DNA of 64,000 nt. Origin: Chitinophagales bacterium. Its GTDB lineage: Bacteria > Bacteroidota > Bacteroidia > Chitinophagales > JADIYW01. The position numbers were made by a program, and so were the translations under genes. Each line of letters starts with the position of its first letter. Positions within the stretch are counted from its first letter, which is position 1. The DNA is taken from positions 12,764-76,763 of the forward strand of contig CBDCGV010000017.1 of assembly GCA_965216955.1 (NCBI GenBank), in the 5' to 3' direction. The notes under the pieces are model-generated. The model had not been told where the DNA came from. It searched no databases and saw only the letters and a list, made by a program, of their open reading frames with translations. Below, one piece after another: positions 1 to 11,089 of the stretch.

Positions 1-1627
<1,627 letters not shown>

Positions 1628-1704
1628 TTTTATTCTTTTATTTCAACATCTACTTAAGACACTGTAAAATTACTTGTTATATTAATTAAATTTTTAATTA
1701 CATG

Positions 1705-4428
1705 TTAAGAAAAAGAAGTCTCTATAATTCTCTTCTGTTCTTCTTGATGTATATGATTAAAGCCAGTCGCTGGGGATGCACTTGACTTGCGACAAACCAC
1801 TTCTAATTCAACTGTTCTATAGCAACTTCTCATATACGACCATGCTCCCATATTAGCTGGTTCTTCTTGTACCCAAACATATTCCGCATTAGAGTATTTA
1901 TCAATTATCTCGTCCATTGCATTAAATGGCAATGGATATAACTGTTCTATTCTAATTATTGCTACATCTTGCCTCTTATCCTCTTCCTTTTTTGCCAACA
2001 AATCAAAATAAACTTTTCCTGAGCAAAAAAGTACCTTTTTTACATTGGTAGCTGCTGTTGTATCTTCATCATCTATTAAAATTTCAAACTTGCCCTTATA
2101 AATTTCTTGTATATCAGAAACACATTTAGGGTGTCTTAATAAAGATTTAGGAGACATGACCACTAGAGGTTTTCTAAAAGGCCATATCAACTGTCTTCTG
2201 ATGACGTGAAAAAAGTTTGCAGGACTCGTAATGTTCACTATACACATATTAAATTCTGCACACATCTGTAAAAATCTTTCCAATCTAGCACTTGAATGTT
2301 CTGGCCCCATTCCTTCATAGCCGTGAGGCAGCAACATTACTAACCCGCTATTTCTCTGCCACTTACTTTCTGAAGAGGATATAAACTGGTCAATAATTGT
2401 TTGAGCACCATTAGAAAAATCTCCAAATTGCGCCTCCCAGATCGTTAGAATATCTGGGTCAATCAAAGAGTATCCATATTCAAATCCCAATACTGCAAAT
2501 TCTGACAAGTGAGAATTAAATACTCTAAATTTCCCTTGCTCCTCTTCTATTGCCAGATTGTTTAAACGATTATACTCTTCTCCTGTATTTTGATCATAAA
2601 TAGTAGAGTGCCTATGAGAAAAAGTACCTCTTTTTACATCTTCACCACTCATTCTCACGTCTTTACCTTCTAAAAGAAAGGAGCCATACGCTAATAATTC
2701 TGCAGCTGCCCAATCAACACTTTTATTCTTTCGCATTATTTCTCGCCTATTGTCCAACATCTTTTGGATTTTCCTTAATGGCTCAAAATTTTCCGGTTTT
2801 TTAATTAATCCCTTTACAATCGTTGAGATTTTATCTTTTGTAATTGAGGTCTTTGGAGATATTTGAAAATCATCAGGAATAGACTTTCTGTGTTCTTGCC
2901 ATGCAATCTCAGGGTTTTGATACGTATATGGCCTAGGTTTTTCTTTAACCATATTTAACCGATCTTGAAGATCTTGCCAGAACCGCTCGTTTAGTTTAGT
3001 AACCAATTCGTTACCTATAGCTCCTGAAGCTTCTAATTTTTGAGAATATAATTCACGAACTCCCAGATGATTTTTAATTGCTTTATACATTTGGGGTTGC
3101 GTGTAAGAAGGGTCGTCTCCCTCATTATGGCCATGTTTCCTATAGCAAACCATATCGACAAAAATGTCTTTGTTAAACTTTTGTCTGTATTCTGCTGCCA
3201 TATCAGCTGCAAAAACTACCGCCTCTACATCATCTCCATTTACGTGAATTACCGGTGCAAGTACAGTAGCTGCTACAGAAGTACAATAGTTTGAAGATCT
3301 TGCATCATCAAAGTCTGTAGTAAACCCAATTTGATTATTAATTACAAAATGTATGGTCCCCCCTGTTCTATAACCTTCCAAATCGGTCATTTGCAATGTT
3401 TCATACACCACGCCTTGACCCGCAATTGCTGCATCACCATGTATACTTATTGGTAATATTTTATCATAGTCAGAATCATAAACAGAGTCCGCTTTAGCCC
3501 GGCAAAATCCTTCAAGAACTGGTGTTACAGCTTCAAGATGCGATGGATTAGGTAACAATTTTAGATAAACCTGATCACCATTCATCGTATTATATAAAGA
3601 AGAATATCCTACGTGATATTTCACATCTCCATCTCCCATATTTAAATCTACCTTTGTAGTTCCTTCAAATTCGGAAAAAATATCTTCATAGGTCTTTTGC
3701 ATAATATTAGTAAGCACGTTCAAACGTCCTCTATGTGCCATACCAATCGCCACTTCTTTAACTCCCAGAGCTGCTGCTGTATTGATAATTGCATCCAAAG
3801 CGGGGATTGTTGCCTCTCCTCCTTCTAATGAAAACCTTTTTTGACCTATGTATTTGGTTCCCAAAAATTTTTCTAATACAGCTGTATCATTCAATTTCTT
3901 AAGCACTCTCCTTTTCTTGTCTATAGACAATTCATAATCAAGGTAGACTTTCTCAGCAATGTTTTGGAACCATTTTTTCTCTTCTGTTTCAACAATGTAA
4001 TCGTATTCAAAACCTATTGTTCTAGCATAACATTTTTTGAGATACGTAATGATTTCCCTTAAAGTGACTTTCCCTAAACCCAGTTCATTCCCTGCAAAAA
4101 AGGAAATGTCCAAATCTTCATCTGATAAACCAAAATTTTCTAATTCTAAATTTGCATGTCTGTCCTTACGCTGCTTTATTGGATTTGTATCAGAAATCAG
4201 ATGCCCCTTTTCTCTATAAGCCTGAATTAATTTAATAACACTAAACTCCTTAGGAGAAAGCACCATTGCTGTATTGCCATTTTCTTTACTCTCTGCTAAA
4301 GCAAATTCAAACCCTGCAAAAAACTTTTTCCATTCTTCCTCGATACCATTAGGATTGTCTAAATATTGCTTATATAATGACTCTATATAATTAGGATGGG
4401 CATTAGCTATAAAGGATAAGTCTTCCAT
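1705..4428 (-). CDS. sucA: 2-oxoglutarate dehydrogenase E1 component
   Basis: 907 aa ORF with typical E1o sequence (GMAHRGRLNVL, HGDAAIAGQGVV, LLPHGYEGMGPEHSSARLERFLQ). Upstream of sucB on the same strand. Confidence 0.92.
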   Translation of the reverse strand: MEDLSFIANAHPNYIESLYKQYLDNPNGIEEEWKKFFAGFEFALAESKENGNTAMVLSPKEFSVIKLIQAYREKGHLISDTNPIKQRKDRHANLELENFGLSDEDLDISFFAGNELGLGKVTLREIITYLKKCYARTIGFEYDYIVETEEKKWFQNIAEKVYLDYELSIDKKRRVLKKLNDTAVLEKFLGTKYIGQKRFSLEGGEATIPALDAIINTAAALGVKEVAIGMAHRGRLNVLTNIMQKTYEDIFSEFEGTTKVDLNMGDGDVKYHVGYSSLYNTMNGDQVYLKLLPNPSHLEAVTPVLEGFCRAKADSVYDSDYDKILPISIHGDAAIAGQGVVYETLQMTDLEGYRTGGTIHFVINNQIGFTTDFDDARSSNYCTSVAATVLAPVIHVNGDDVEAVVFAADMAAEYRQKFNKDIFVDMVCYRKHGHNEGDDPSYTQPQMYKAIKNHLGVRELYSQKLEASGAIGNELVTKLNERFWQDLQDRLNMVKEKPRPYTYQNPEIAWQEHRKSIPDDFQISPKTSITKDKISTIVKGLIKKPENFEPLRKIQKMLDNRREIMRKNKSVDWAAAELLAYGSFLLEGKDVRMSGEDVKRGTFSHRHSTIYDQNTGEEYNRLNNLAIEEEQGKFRVFNSHLSEFAVLGFEYGYSLIDPDILTIWEAQFGDFSNGAQTIIDQFISSSESKWQRNSGLVMLLPHGYEGMGPEHSSARLERFLQMCAEFNMCIVNITSPANFFHVIRRQLIWPFRKPLVVMSPKSLLRHPKCVSDIQEIYKGKFEILIDDEDTTAATNVKKVLFCSGKVYFDLLAKKEEDKRQDVAIIRIEQLYPLPFNAMDEIIDKYSNAEYVWVQEEPANMGAWSYMRSCYRTVELEVVCRKSSASPATGFNHIHQEEQKRIIETSFS

Positions 4429-4556
4429 TTTTCAAATTCTAGTCTAAATGTAATAAAGCTCTGCATTTTATAAACGATTCTATAACTAAATTTTAGGCAT
4501 TTTAGTTTTACAAAATCTCTAATATTTTATTAATGTGGATTTTTTACATTTATTAT

Positions 4557-4564
4557 TAACTTTG
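4557..4564 (+). promoter_or_regulatory. candidate Bacteroidota -7 promoter box (TAACTTTG) for rpsT
   Basis: Exact match to the TAnnTTTG consensus, ending 22 nt upstream of the rpsT ATG. Confidence 0.35.
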
Positions 4565-4586
4565 CAGTCCGAAAAATTCTAAATAT

Positions 4587-4841
4587 ATGGCGCATCACAA
4601 GTCAGCGAAAAAAAGAATAAGACAATCTGCAGTAAGAAGATTGAGAAATAGATATAATGGTAAGACGACAAGAAACGCCATTAGAAAAATTTATGGTTTA
4701 ACAGATAAGAAGGAAGCTGAAGAGCTGTTTCCAAAAGTTACTTCTCTTATAGATAGGCTTTCTAAAAAGAATATCATCCATAAAAATAAAGCCGCTAATA
4801 TTAAAGGTAAAATTGCTAAACACATCAGCAAGTTATCTTAA
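4587..4841 (+). CDS. rpsT: 30S ribosomal protein S20
   Basis: 84 aa basic ORF beginning MAHHKSAKKRIRQSAVRRLRNR, typical of S20. Confidence 0.9.
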   Translation: MAHHKSAKKRIRQSAVRRLRNRYNGKTTRNAIRKIYGLTDKKEAEELFPKVTSLIDRLSKKNIIHKNKAANIKGKIAKHISKLS

Positions 4842-4858
4842 TTAAAGTGTATTGAATA

Positions 4859-4898
4859 AATAAAAAAGGTTCATCTAGCTAGATGAACCTTTTTTATT
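4859..4898. terminator. rho-independent terminator after rpsT (perfect 40-bp palindrome)
   Basis: AATAAAAAAGGTTCATCTAG/CTAGATGAACCTTTTTTATT. GC-containing stem flanked by an A-run and a T-run, 18 nt after the rpsT stop. Confidence 0.75.
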
Positions 4899-5030
4899 AG
4901 CAGCACCCCATTTAAATACCTATAATTGCTGTAATTTCTTTCTTATATTACTTTTCCTTATTTTCGGTTCCTCAATGTTGAAAACTTTGACATATAAAGA
5001 GCAACGAATCAATAATTAAACAATAAATCT

Positions 5031-6347
5031 ATGGAACTGACCATTACCCTTTTAGCTATGAGTAATAAAATCCTTATTATGCTTATAGCCATTCCCTTTA
5101 TTAACGGTTTTATAGGATGGATAACCAATGTAATCGCTCTAAAGATGACTTTCTATCCAATCGAATTATGGGGTTTTAAAATTGGAAACGTTCCAATTGG
5201 TTGGCAGGGGATTATTCCCATGAAGGCAGAGAAAATGGCAAGAACATCTGTCCAAATTATGACAGAAGATCTGGTTCGAATAGATGAGCAATTTGAAAAA
5301 TTAGATCCGCAAGATACCGCTGATGCTATGTATGAGCATACAACTGCCTACGGTAAGGAAACAATAGACAAATCTATGGCAAAAGAATTTCCAATTTTAT
5401 GGAGTTCCATTTCGCAAGCCGGTAAAGAGCTGATTTTTAGAGAGGCCAATAAGGAGCTTCCAATGGTTACCAAGCACTTGATGGAAGATCTCAATCCAAT
5501 TATTGCGGATGTTTTAGACCTTGAAGAAATGACTGTAAAAGTTTTTGAAGAAGATAAGGAATTATTAAACAGGACATTTTTAGAAGTAGGAGATAAAGAA
5601 TTTAGATTTATAGAGCGTTCAGGATTTTACTTTGGGTTTTTATTTGGTATTGCGCAAGCCGCTCTGTGGTACTTTACTACTCAGGCTGGCAAGGACTTTT
5701 GGTGGATATTACCTGTTGGAGGATTGGTCGTTGGGTTTATGACAAATTTTTTGGCTATTAAGCTCATTTTTAACCCTGTTAATCCAATTAAAATCTTTGG
5801 AATGACCATACAAGGCATGTACATCAAAAGGCAAAAAGAAATTTCTGAAGCATATGCAGATATTGTAACCAAAGAAGTAGTTACAACGGATAATATGTTC
5901 GGGGTGATTTTTGAAGGAGAGAAAAGTGATTTGGTGATGGAAATGGGAAAAAAGCATGTTCAATCTGCTGTTGATAGAGGGTTAAGATATTTAGATGTTG
6001 TAGACAGGTTGAAAAGAGCCGCCCATGATATTCCAGGTTTAAGGAACATTAAAACCATTCAAAGAAATTTAGATTCTGCAACAGAAAAGATAGAAAAAAT
6101 TAGAACCAAGCTGGTTGATGAATTTGCAAATTTCTTACCTCAAGGATTTAAAAAAATATTCCCTTTTATAACGGTACAACTAGATTTAAGAGAAACCATT
6201 AGAACAAGGATGGCTGCCTTGCCACCAGATAGGTTTGCAGGATTTCTAAGACCCGTTTTCCAGGAGGATGAATGGAAGTTAATTGTTACAGGAGCAGCTC
6301 TTGGCTTTGTAGCTGGATTGTTGCAAATGTTAATGGTAAACCTGTAA
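5031..6347 (+). CDS. DUF445-family membrane protein
   Basis: 438 aa. The N-terminus (IPFINGFIGWITNVIALKMTFYP) and the C-terminal hydrophobic segment resemble DUF445/YheB-like proteins. The true start may be the internal Met at about 5058. Confidence 0.55.
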   Translation: MELTITLLAMSNKILIMLIAIPFINGFIGWITNVIALKMTFYPIELWGFKIGNVPIGWQGIIPMKAEKMARTSVQIMTEDLVRIDEQFEKLDPQDTADAMYEHTTAYGKETIDKSMAKEFPILWSSISQAGKELIFREANKELPMVTKHLMEDLNPIIADVLDLEEMTVKVFEEDKELLNRTFLEVGDKEFRFIERSGFYFGFLFGIAQAALWYFTTQAGKDFWWILPVGGLVVGFMTNFLAIKLIFNPVNPIKIFGMTIQGMYIKRQKEISEAYADIVTKEVVTTDNMFGVIFEGEKSDLVMEMGKKHVQSAVDRGLRYLDVVDRLKRAAHDIPGLRNIKTIQRNLDSATEKIEKIRTKLVDEFANFLPQGFKKIFPFITVQLDLRETIRTRMAALPPDRFAGFLRPVFQEDEWKLIVTGAALGFVAGLLQMLMVNL

Positions 6348-6356
6348 TTTCCAGTT

Positions 6357-7193
6357 TTACCACCAAAACCCTTTATCTGGGTCTGTTTTTATATCCTTAT
6401 TAAAAGGGATTTTTAATTGGTATAGAATGTCTTCATCAGTATCATTGTCTAGTATATCTAACCCATAGATTACATCTTTAGGGTCTTTATATGTTAATGT
6501 ACCTAAAATTCGGTCCCAAAAAGAAAAAATATTTCCAAAATTAGTGTCAGTCCAAGGACGCTCAAAGTGATGATGGAATTTATGCATATTTGGAGTTACA
6601 ATGATTTTACTAAGCATGCGATCCAAAAAATTTGGCAAACTAATATTTGCATGTGTAAAATATCCAAAGAAAATTGTCATCATTCTATAAAAGATGTAGT
6701 AAGAAAAAGGAATTCCAAATAATATTATGGCTATTAATGCAAATACCTCTCTTGATATGTAATCTCCCGGATGATGCCTAGTTGCTGTAGTTGCATCTAC
6801 ATGTGTATCTGAATGATGTATCATATGAAATCTCCACATCCATGGAACACGATGTAGCAACCAATGCACACAATATTGCGCAATAAAATCAAGTATTAAT
6901 ATTGCAATAATTAATTCTACCCAAATTGGAAAATCAACTAAAAAAAGCACCCCAAATTCATTGGCTTTAGCCCATGAAAACAAGCCTATGGTTACTAGTC
7001 CAAAAGCAACATTTATTAGCATGTCTAAAAACAGAAAAAACAAGTTAACACTAACATGCCTTATTTTTTTATAATCAAAACTAAATAGTGGTTTTAAAAA
7101 CTCTCCTATCCAATTAAACGACAGGCAAATAAAAATCCAAACTAATTTTTGCCAAGAGGGCATTTGCTCAAAAAAACTTAAAAAGGCTTCCAT
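6357..7193 (-). CDS. fatty acid hydroxylase / sterol desaturase family membrane protein
   Basis: 278 aa with several TM segments and the di-iron histidine boxes HWLLH, HMIHH and HKFHHH. Confidence 0.7.
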   Translation of the reverse strand: MEAFLSFFEQMPSWQKLVWIFICLSFNWIGEFLKPLFSFDYKKIRHVSVNLFFLFLDMLINVAFGLVTIGLFSWAKANEFGVLFLVDFPIWVELIIAILILDFIAQYCVHWLLHRVPWMWRFHMIHHSDTHVDATTATRHHPGDYISREVFALIAIILFGIPFSYYIFYRMMTIFFGYFTHANISLPNFLDRMLSKIIVTPNMHKFHHHFERPWTDTNFGNIFSFWDRILGTLTYKDPKDVIYGLDILDNDTDEDILYQLKIPFNKDIKTDPDKGFWW

Positions 7194-7292
7194 TATTTAT
7201 TGTATTATTTAAATGAAGCAACAATATTAATAGCGAAAAATAGGAATACCATTATCAAATGTTAATAAGTAGCAGGCCATAGGATTTAAGTT

Positions 7293-7978
7293 TTACTCAG
7301 CATAGTTATTAAATGCTTTAGACCAATTATACTTTCTAAAGCTGATTTTTGTTATAGATTCATCTATATAATTGTACTTTCTTAAAAATTGCAATATTCC
7401 TCTCTTACCTCTAAAATCTCCAGGATATAACCTAAACAAAGCTGTAGCATTTACCTTATTATTAATGACTTCAATATCCTGATCTAAATAACTTTGTGTT
7501 GCCCAATTTAACTGGCTATCTATTCTTTTATAATTATAAAAACGTATTGGCGGACAACTTACTGCACCGCAATTCAAGGCAAAATGAATCCGAGGATCTA
7601 ATTGATCAACCATAGCTCTCTTTAAAAAAGAATTTATGAGTGGGTTTTTTATATAACCAAAACCTAGTGCAAAGTTACCTCTTCTTAAAATGTCATTTTC
7701 TATATTCGAAAGGCTAAGTAATTCGTTTGCTACCATAAATTTTGTTCTCCAAAACAAAGCATACCTTTTCTCAAATAAAGCAGGTGATTCTAGAACTGCA
7801 ACCTGAAAAAAGGCATTATATAAATTGATCCAAAAAGCTTTTTCTTGTCATCGCTATTGATTTCCCTGTATAGTCTCTTACTATCTATTTGCGCAAGTAA
7901 ATCAATATACTCATCGTATTTTTCTTTTGACTTTACTGCAGACAAAAATGCTTCTGAAACGCCAATCAAATTCTCCAT
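7293..7978 (-). pseudogene. DUF547 domain protein interrupted by one frameshift
   Basis: ORFs 7790..7978 and 7293..7757 are two pieces of one gene. Shifting frame at the A5/T5 run (7839-7843) restores ...DDKKKAFWINLYNAFFQVAVLESPALFEKRYALFWRTKFMVANE... The DUF547 hallmark DPRIHFALNCGAVSCPPI lies downstream. Confidence 0.65.
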
Positions 7979-8064
7979 CTTCTAAAATTATGATATTAAT
8001 CAATACAAATGCTGAATACTTATATCTATATTCAGACTATTAATAACTTTAAAAACAACAAGCT

Positions 8065-9519
8065 TTGGCAAGAAGAGTTCCTTTTTTTACAGACATCCAT
8101 TTACATGTAACCTTAAAATCTTCTAATTCAGGTCATCCTAAGCCAATGTATAATATTTGGGAGGACTTTGATCATTTAATTCCTCAATATAGAACAGCAA
8201 GATATGTATCAAGAAACTCTCTAGAAATAGCAAAGTACACACAAGCTAATTTATATAAACTAGCAAAAGGTAAAGTTCGAGTATTTTTTAACTCTCTATA
8301 CCCAATAGAAAGAGGCTTTATAAATTTAAGAAATATCCCCAAAGCACTGACAAGAAACAAAGTACAACATGAATTAATCGGACTTCTTACAGGTATGTCT
8401 GCTGATAGAGTTGCACACCTCAAAAAAAATACTGATTATTTCAAAGAGGTTCATGAAGAGTATGAATATTTTAAAAGTCAACAAGGCCTTTCTCCTGATA
8501 AGCAACATCGATTTGAGATTGCAAAGAATTTTAACCATTTAAAAGAAATTTTAAAAGACAAAACAGCATTATCATCTATCGTTACTATTGAAGGTGCTCA
8601 TGTTTTTTTAGATAAAAAAATGTTATCTGGGAAACTGACTAGAGGAGAAATGAAAGTTGCCGTAAAAAATAACATTGAATCCATTAAACAATGGGAACAC
8701 CCTCCTTTTATTGTTAATGTAGCTCATCATTTTTATCATGGATTTTGTGGACATGCTAAAAGCTTTTTTAAAATAGAAATTGCCGAAGGGCTACTGAATC
8801 AAAAAAGAGGATTAGATTTAGGGATTAATGGGCTTGGCACAAAAATTATGACTGAGATGCTAAGCAATAGCAACGGGAAACGTATTCATATAGATACAAA
8901 ACATATGAGCTTAAAAGCTCGAAAAGAATATTATAAATGGTTACGAGGATACAATTACATTAATAAAAATAACAACATCCCAATTATCTGTAGCCATACA
9001 GGTGCAAGTGGTTATAAAACCATGAAAGGGAACATGCTCACAAAAGACAATACCTCAAAAAAGAATGAAGGGTACTTGTTTAGATGGACTATAAACATTT
9101 CTGATGAAGAGATTCGATTAATTCACGAAAGCAAGGGACTAATCGGAATTATGGTTGATAAAACAAAATTGGGAGGTGGTAAGTTTTACGCAGCATTATC
9201 CAAAGCAAAAGATGATGTTGCTATAAAAGATTTATTTATGAAAATTTTGTGGGATAATATATTTCAAATAATACACGCCATAGGCGATAAATCAGCATGG
9301 GATATTATTACTATTGGCTCAGATTATGATGGTGCTATACAGCACATCGATTATTACGATTCTGCGGATAAAATGCCTGATCTTTTTGACGACATGAGAG
9401 ATTTTATTGAAAAGAATAACTACCAAAAAGACTTATGGTTTGATTATGAGCCTGTGGAGATTTTAAATAAAATCTTTCAGAAAAATACAATGGATTTTTG
9501 CGAACGGTACTTTGTATAA
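8065..9519 (+). CDS. amidohydrolase-fold protein distantly resembling membrane dipeptidase (peptidase M19 family)
   Basis: 484 aa with a TTG start. Motifs seen by eye: DIHLH near the N-terminus, IEGAH, HIDTKH, CSHTG, IGSDYDG. Assignment is tentative. Confidence 0.4.
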   Translation: MARRVPFFTDIHLHVTLKSSNSGHPKPMYNIWEDFDHLIPQYRTARYVSRNSLEIAKYTQANLYKLAKGKVRVFFNSLYPIERGFINLRNIPKALTRNKVQHELIGLLTGMSADRVAHLKKNTDYFKEVHEEYEYFKSQQGLSPDKQHRFEIAKNFNHLKEILKDKTALSSIVTIEGAHVFLDKKMLSGKLTRGEMKVAVKNNIESIKQWEHPPFIVNVAHHFYHGFCGHAKSFFKIEIAEGLLNQKRGLDLGINGLGTKIMTEMLSNSNGKRIHIDTKHMSLKARKEYYKWLRGYNYINKNNNIPIICSHTGASGYKTMKGNMLTKDNTSKKNEGYLFRWTINISDEEIRLIHESKGLIGIMVDKTKLGGGKFYAALSKAKDDVAIKDLFMKILWDNIFQIIHAIGDKSAWDIITIGSDYDGAIQHIDYYDSADKMPDLFDDMRDFIEKNNYQKDLWFDYEPVEILNKIFQKNTMDFCERYFV

Positions 9520-9549
9520 AATCTACAATTGAAGCTTTGGTCTCTACAT

Positions 9550-9582
9550 AAAAAAGCCGCTATAGTAACCAACTACAGCGGC
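9550..9582 (-). terminator. rho-independent terminator on the minus strand, about 195 nt downstream of the cysH stop
   Basis: On the minus strand, GCCGCTGTAG-TTGGTTA-CTATAGCGGC is followed by TTTTTT (6 bp + 3 bp stem with one mismatch). Confidence 0.5.
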
Positions 9583-9775
9583 GACACCAAGCCATGAAAA
9601 CAAATTCTTATATAGCTTTACATACTTTCTTAAAAAATCGCAATTAGTGTTAGTGTCTATAGACAAGTGTTAGTGTTTGCAATTTTGTACTCTTTTGACG
9701 CAAAAAGAAAATTTGGTCACATTTTTTGTGAAAAAATTTTAAACCCCTTAAATACATTGACAATAAAAGGTATCG

Positions 9776-10501
9776 CTATCCTTTTGAATAACCGTTTTTC
9801 TGTAGTTCTTTAACTTCTTTTTTAATATGAAGCCCACATTCCGTTTTTGTAGAATTATTCCACCTTCCAGATCGATTTTGACCTTTTAAAGTACAGTGTG
9901 TACAACCTACGGAACCATAACCAAGTTTTTGCAAAGGATGTCTCGGTAAATTGTGTTCTTCAAAATAATCGCGAACAAAAGATGGTGCAACATCTATTAA
10001 AGGATAAAATTTTAGAACGTCATCCACTTTTTCAAAGACGTCGAGGTTTTGTCTAAAAGGAGTTGAATACGCTAATAGACCAGAAACCCACACTTTATAA
10101 TTAGCCCGAACAGCATCTAAGGGTTCAACCTTATTTACCGAACAACATAGATCTTGGTCTTTTTCCCAAGTTTTATCTTTATTAGTGAAATCATTTTTCC
10201 ATTGTTCAGGAGTTAAAGTAACAACATCGAAGCCAAATCTTTCACTCAGTTCGTTTTTATAATTATGTGTTTCCTTAAAAAGATACGTCGTGTCAATAAA
10301 ATGAATTTTTTGTTTCTTATTTACATTACTTATTAAGTGTAACATAACCGCTGAAGAAGTTCCAAAAGAAGAAGTAATAAGGACATCGTCCTCATAGAAA
10401 TCCTTATAGAATTGTACGATTCTTTCTTGAGGAGATAAAGGATTGTACTTTTCTACCAAGTATTTTACATTCATAATATTTTCCCCTTTTACATGCTTCA
10501 T
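9776..10501 (-). CDS. cysH: adenylyl-sulfate / phosphoadenylyl-sulfate reductase (thioredoxin-dependent)
   Basis: 241 aa PAPS-reductase fold (ITSSFGTSSAVMLHL). It carries the CC...CxxC pattern (DLCCSVNK, GCTHCT) typical of Fe-S APS-type enzymes. Last gene of the sulfite reductase operon. Confidence 0.85.
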   Translation of the reverse strand: MKHVKGENIMNVKYLVEKYNPLSPQERIVQFYKDFYEDDVLITSSFGTSSAVMLHLISNVNKKQKIHFIDTTYLFKETHNYKNELSERFGFDVVTLTPEQWKNDFTNKDKTWEKDQDLCCSVNKVEPLDAVRANYKVWVSGLLAYSTPFRQNLDVFEKVDDVLKFYPLIDVAPSFVRDYFEEHNLPRHPLQKLGYGSVGCTHCTLKGQNRSGRWNNSTKTECGLHIKKEVKELQKNGYSKG

Positions 10502-10504
10502 CTG

Positions 10505-11089
10505 TTAATTCTTCCCAACAAGTACAGAAGTAATTTCATTCAATTGATCTACTTTATTTTTAAAGTCCCCTTTTAAACTATTTCTGATCGTTCTTAAATT
10601 TTTTAGAATCTCCGGAATCGACTCAGGTAATGAATCTTCCAAAAGCATCCTAAATCGCTTGGCAAATGTTGGAGATTTTCCATTCGTAGAAATAGCAATT
10701 TTTAAATCTCCTTTGGTAACTATAGAGCCTAAATAAAAATCACATAATTCAGGTGTGTCTGCAACATTTACAAGCAAGCCCTTTTTTTTAGAACTTACTC
10801 TTATAAATTCATTAATTGTTTTGTTATTAGTTGCTACAATTACAATATCTATTTCTTCTAAATCCTTTTCATCGAATTTCTTTTTATGAATTTCAATCGT
10901 ATTATATGACTTATTTGAACTTATCCTTTCTGAAACTTCTTCCGCTACAAGTTTTACTTGGGCAAAAGGACTACTTTTTAAAAGAAAGTGTAGTTTTTCA
11001 TCAGCAACAACTCCTCCTCCAACAATTAAAAATCTTAACTGCTCTGTTTTTAGGAAAACTGGAAATAAGTTATTACGAGAAATCTCCAT
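10505..11089 (-). CDS. precorrin-2 dehydrogenase / sirohydrochlorin ferrochelatase (siroheme synthase N-terminal-domain type)
   Basis: 194 aa with Rossmann motif FLIVGGGVVADEKL, as in CysG-N/SirC/Met8. Overlaps cobA by 17 nt. Confidence 0.75.
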   Translation of the reverse strand: MEISRNNLFPVFLKTEQLRFLIVGGGVVADEKLHFLLKSSPFAQVKLVAEEVSERISSNKSYNTIEIHKKKFDEKDLEEIDIVIVATNNKTINEFIRVSSKKKGLLVNVADTPELCDFYLGSIVTKGDLKIAISTNGKSPTFAKRFRMLLEDSLPESIPEILKNLRTIRNSLKGDFKNKVDQLNEITSVLVGKN

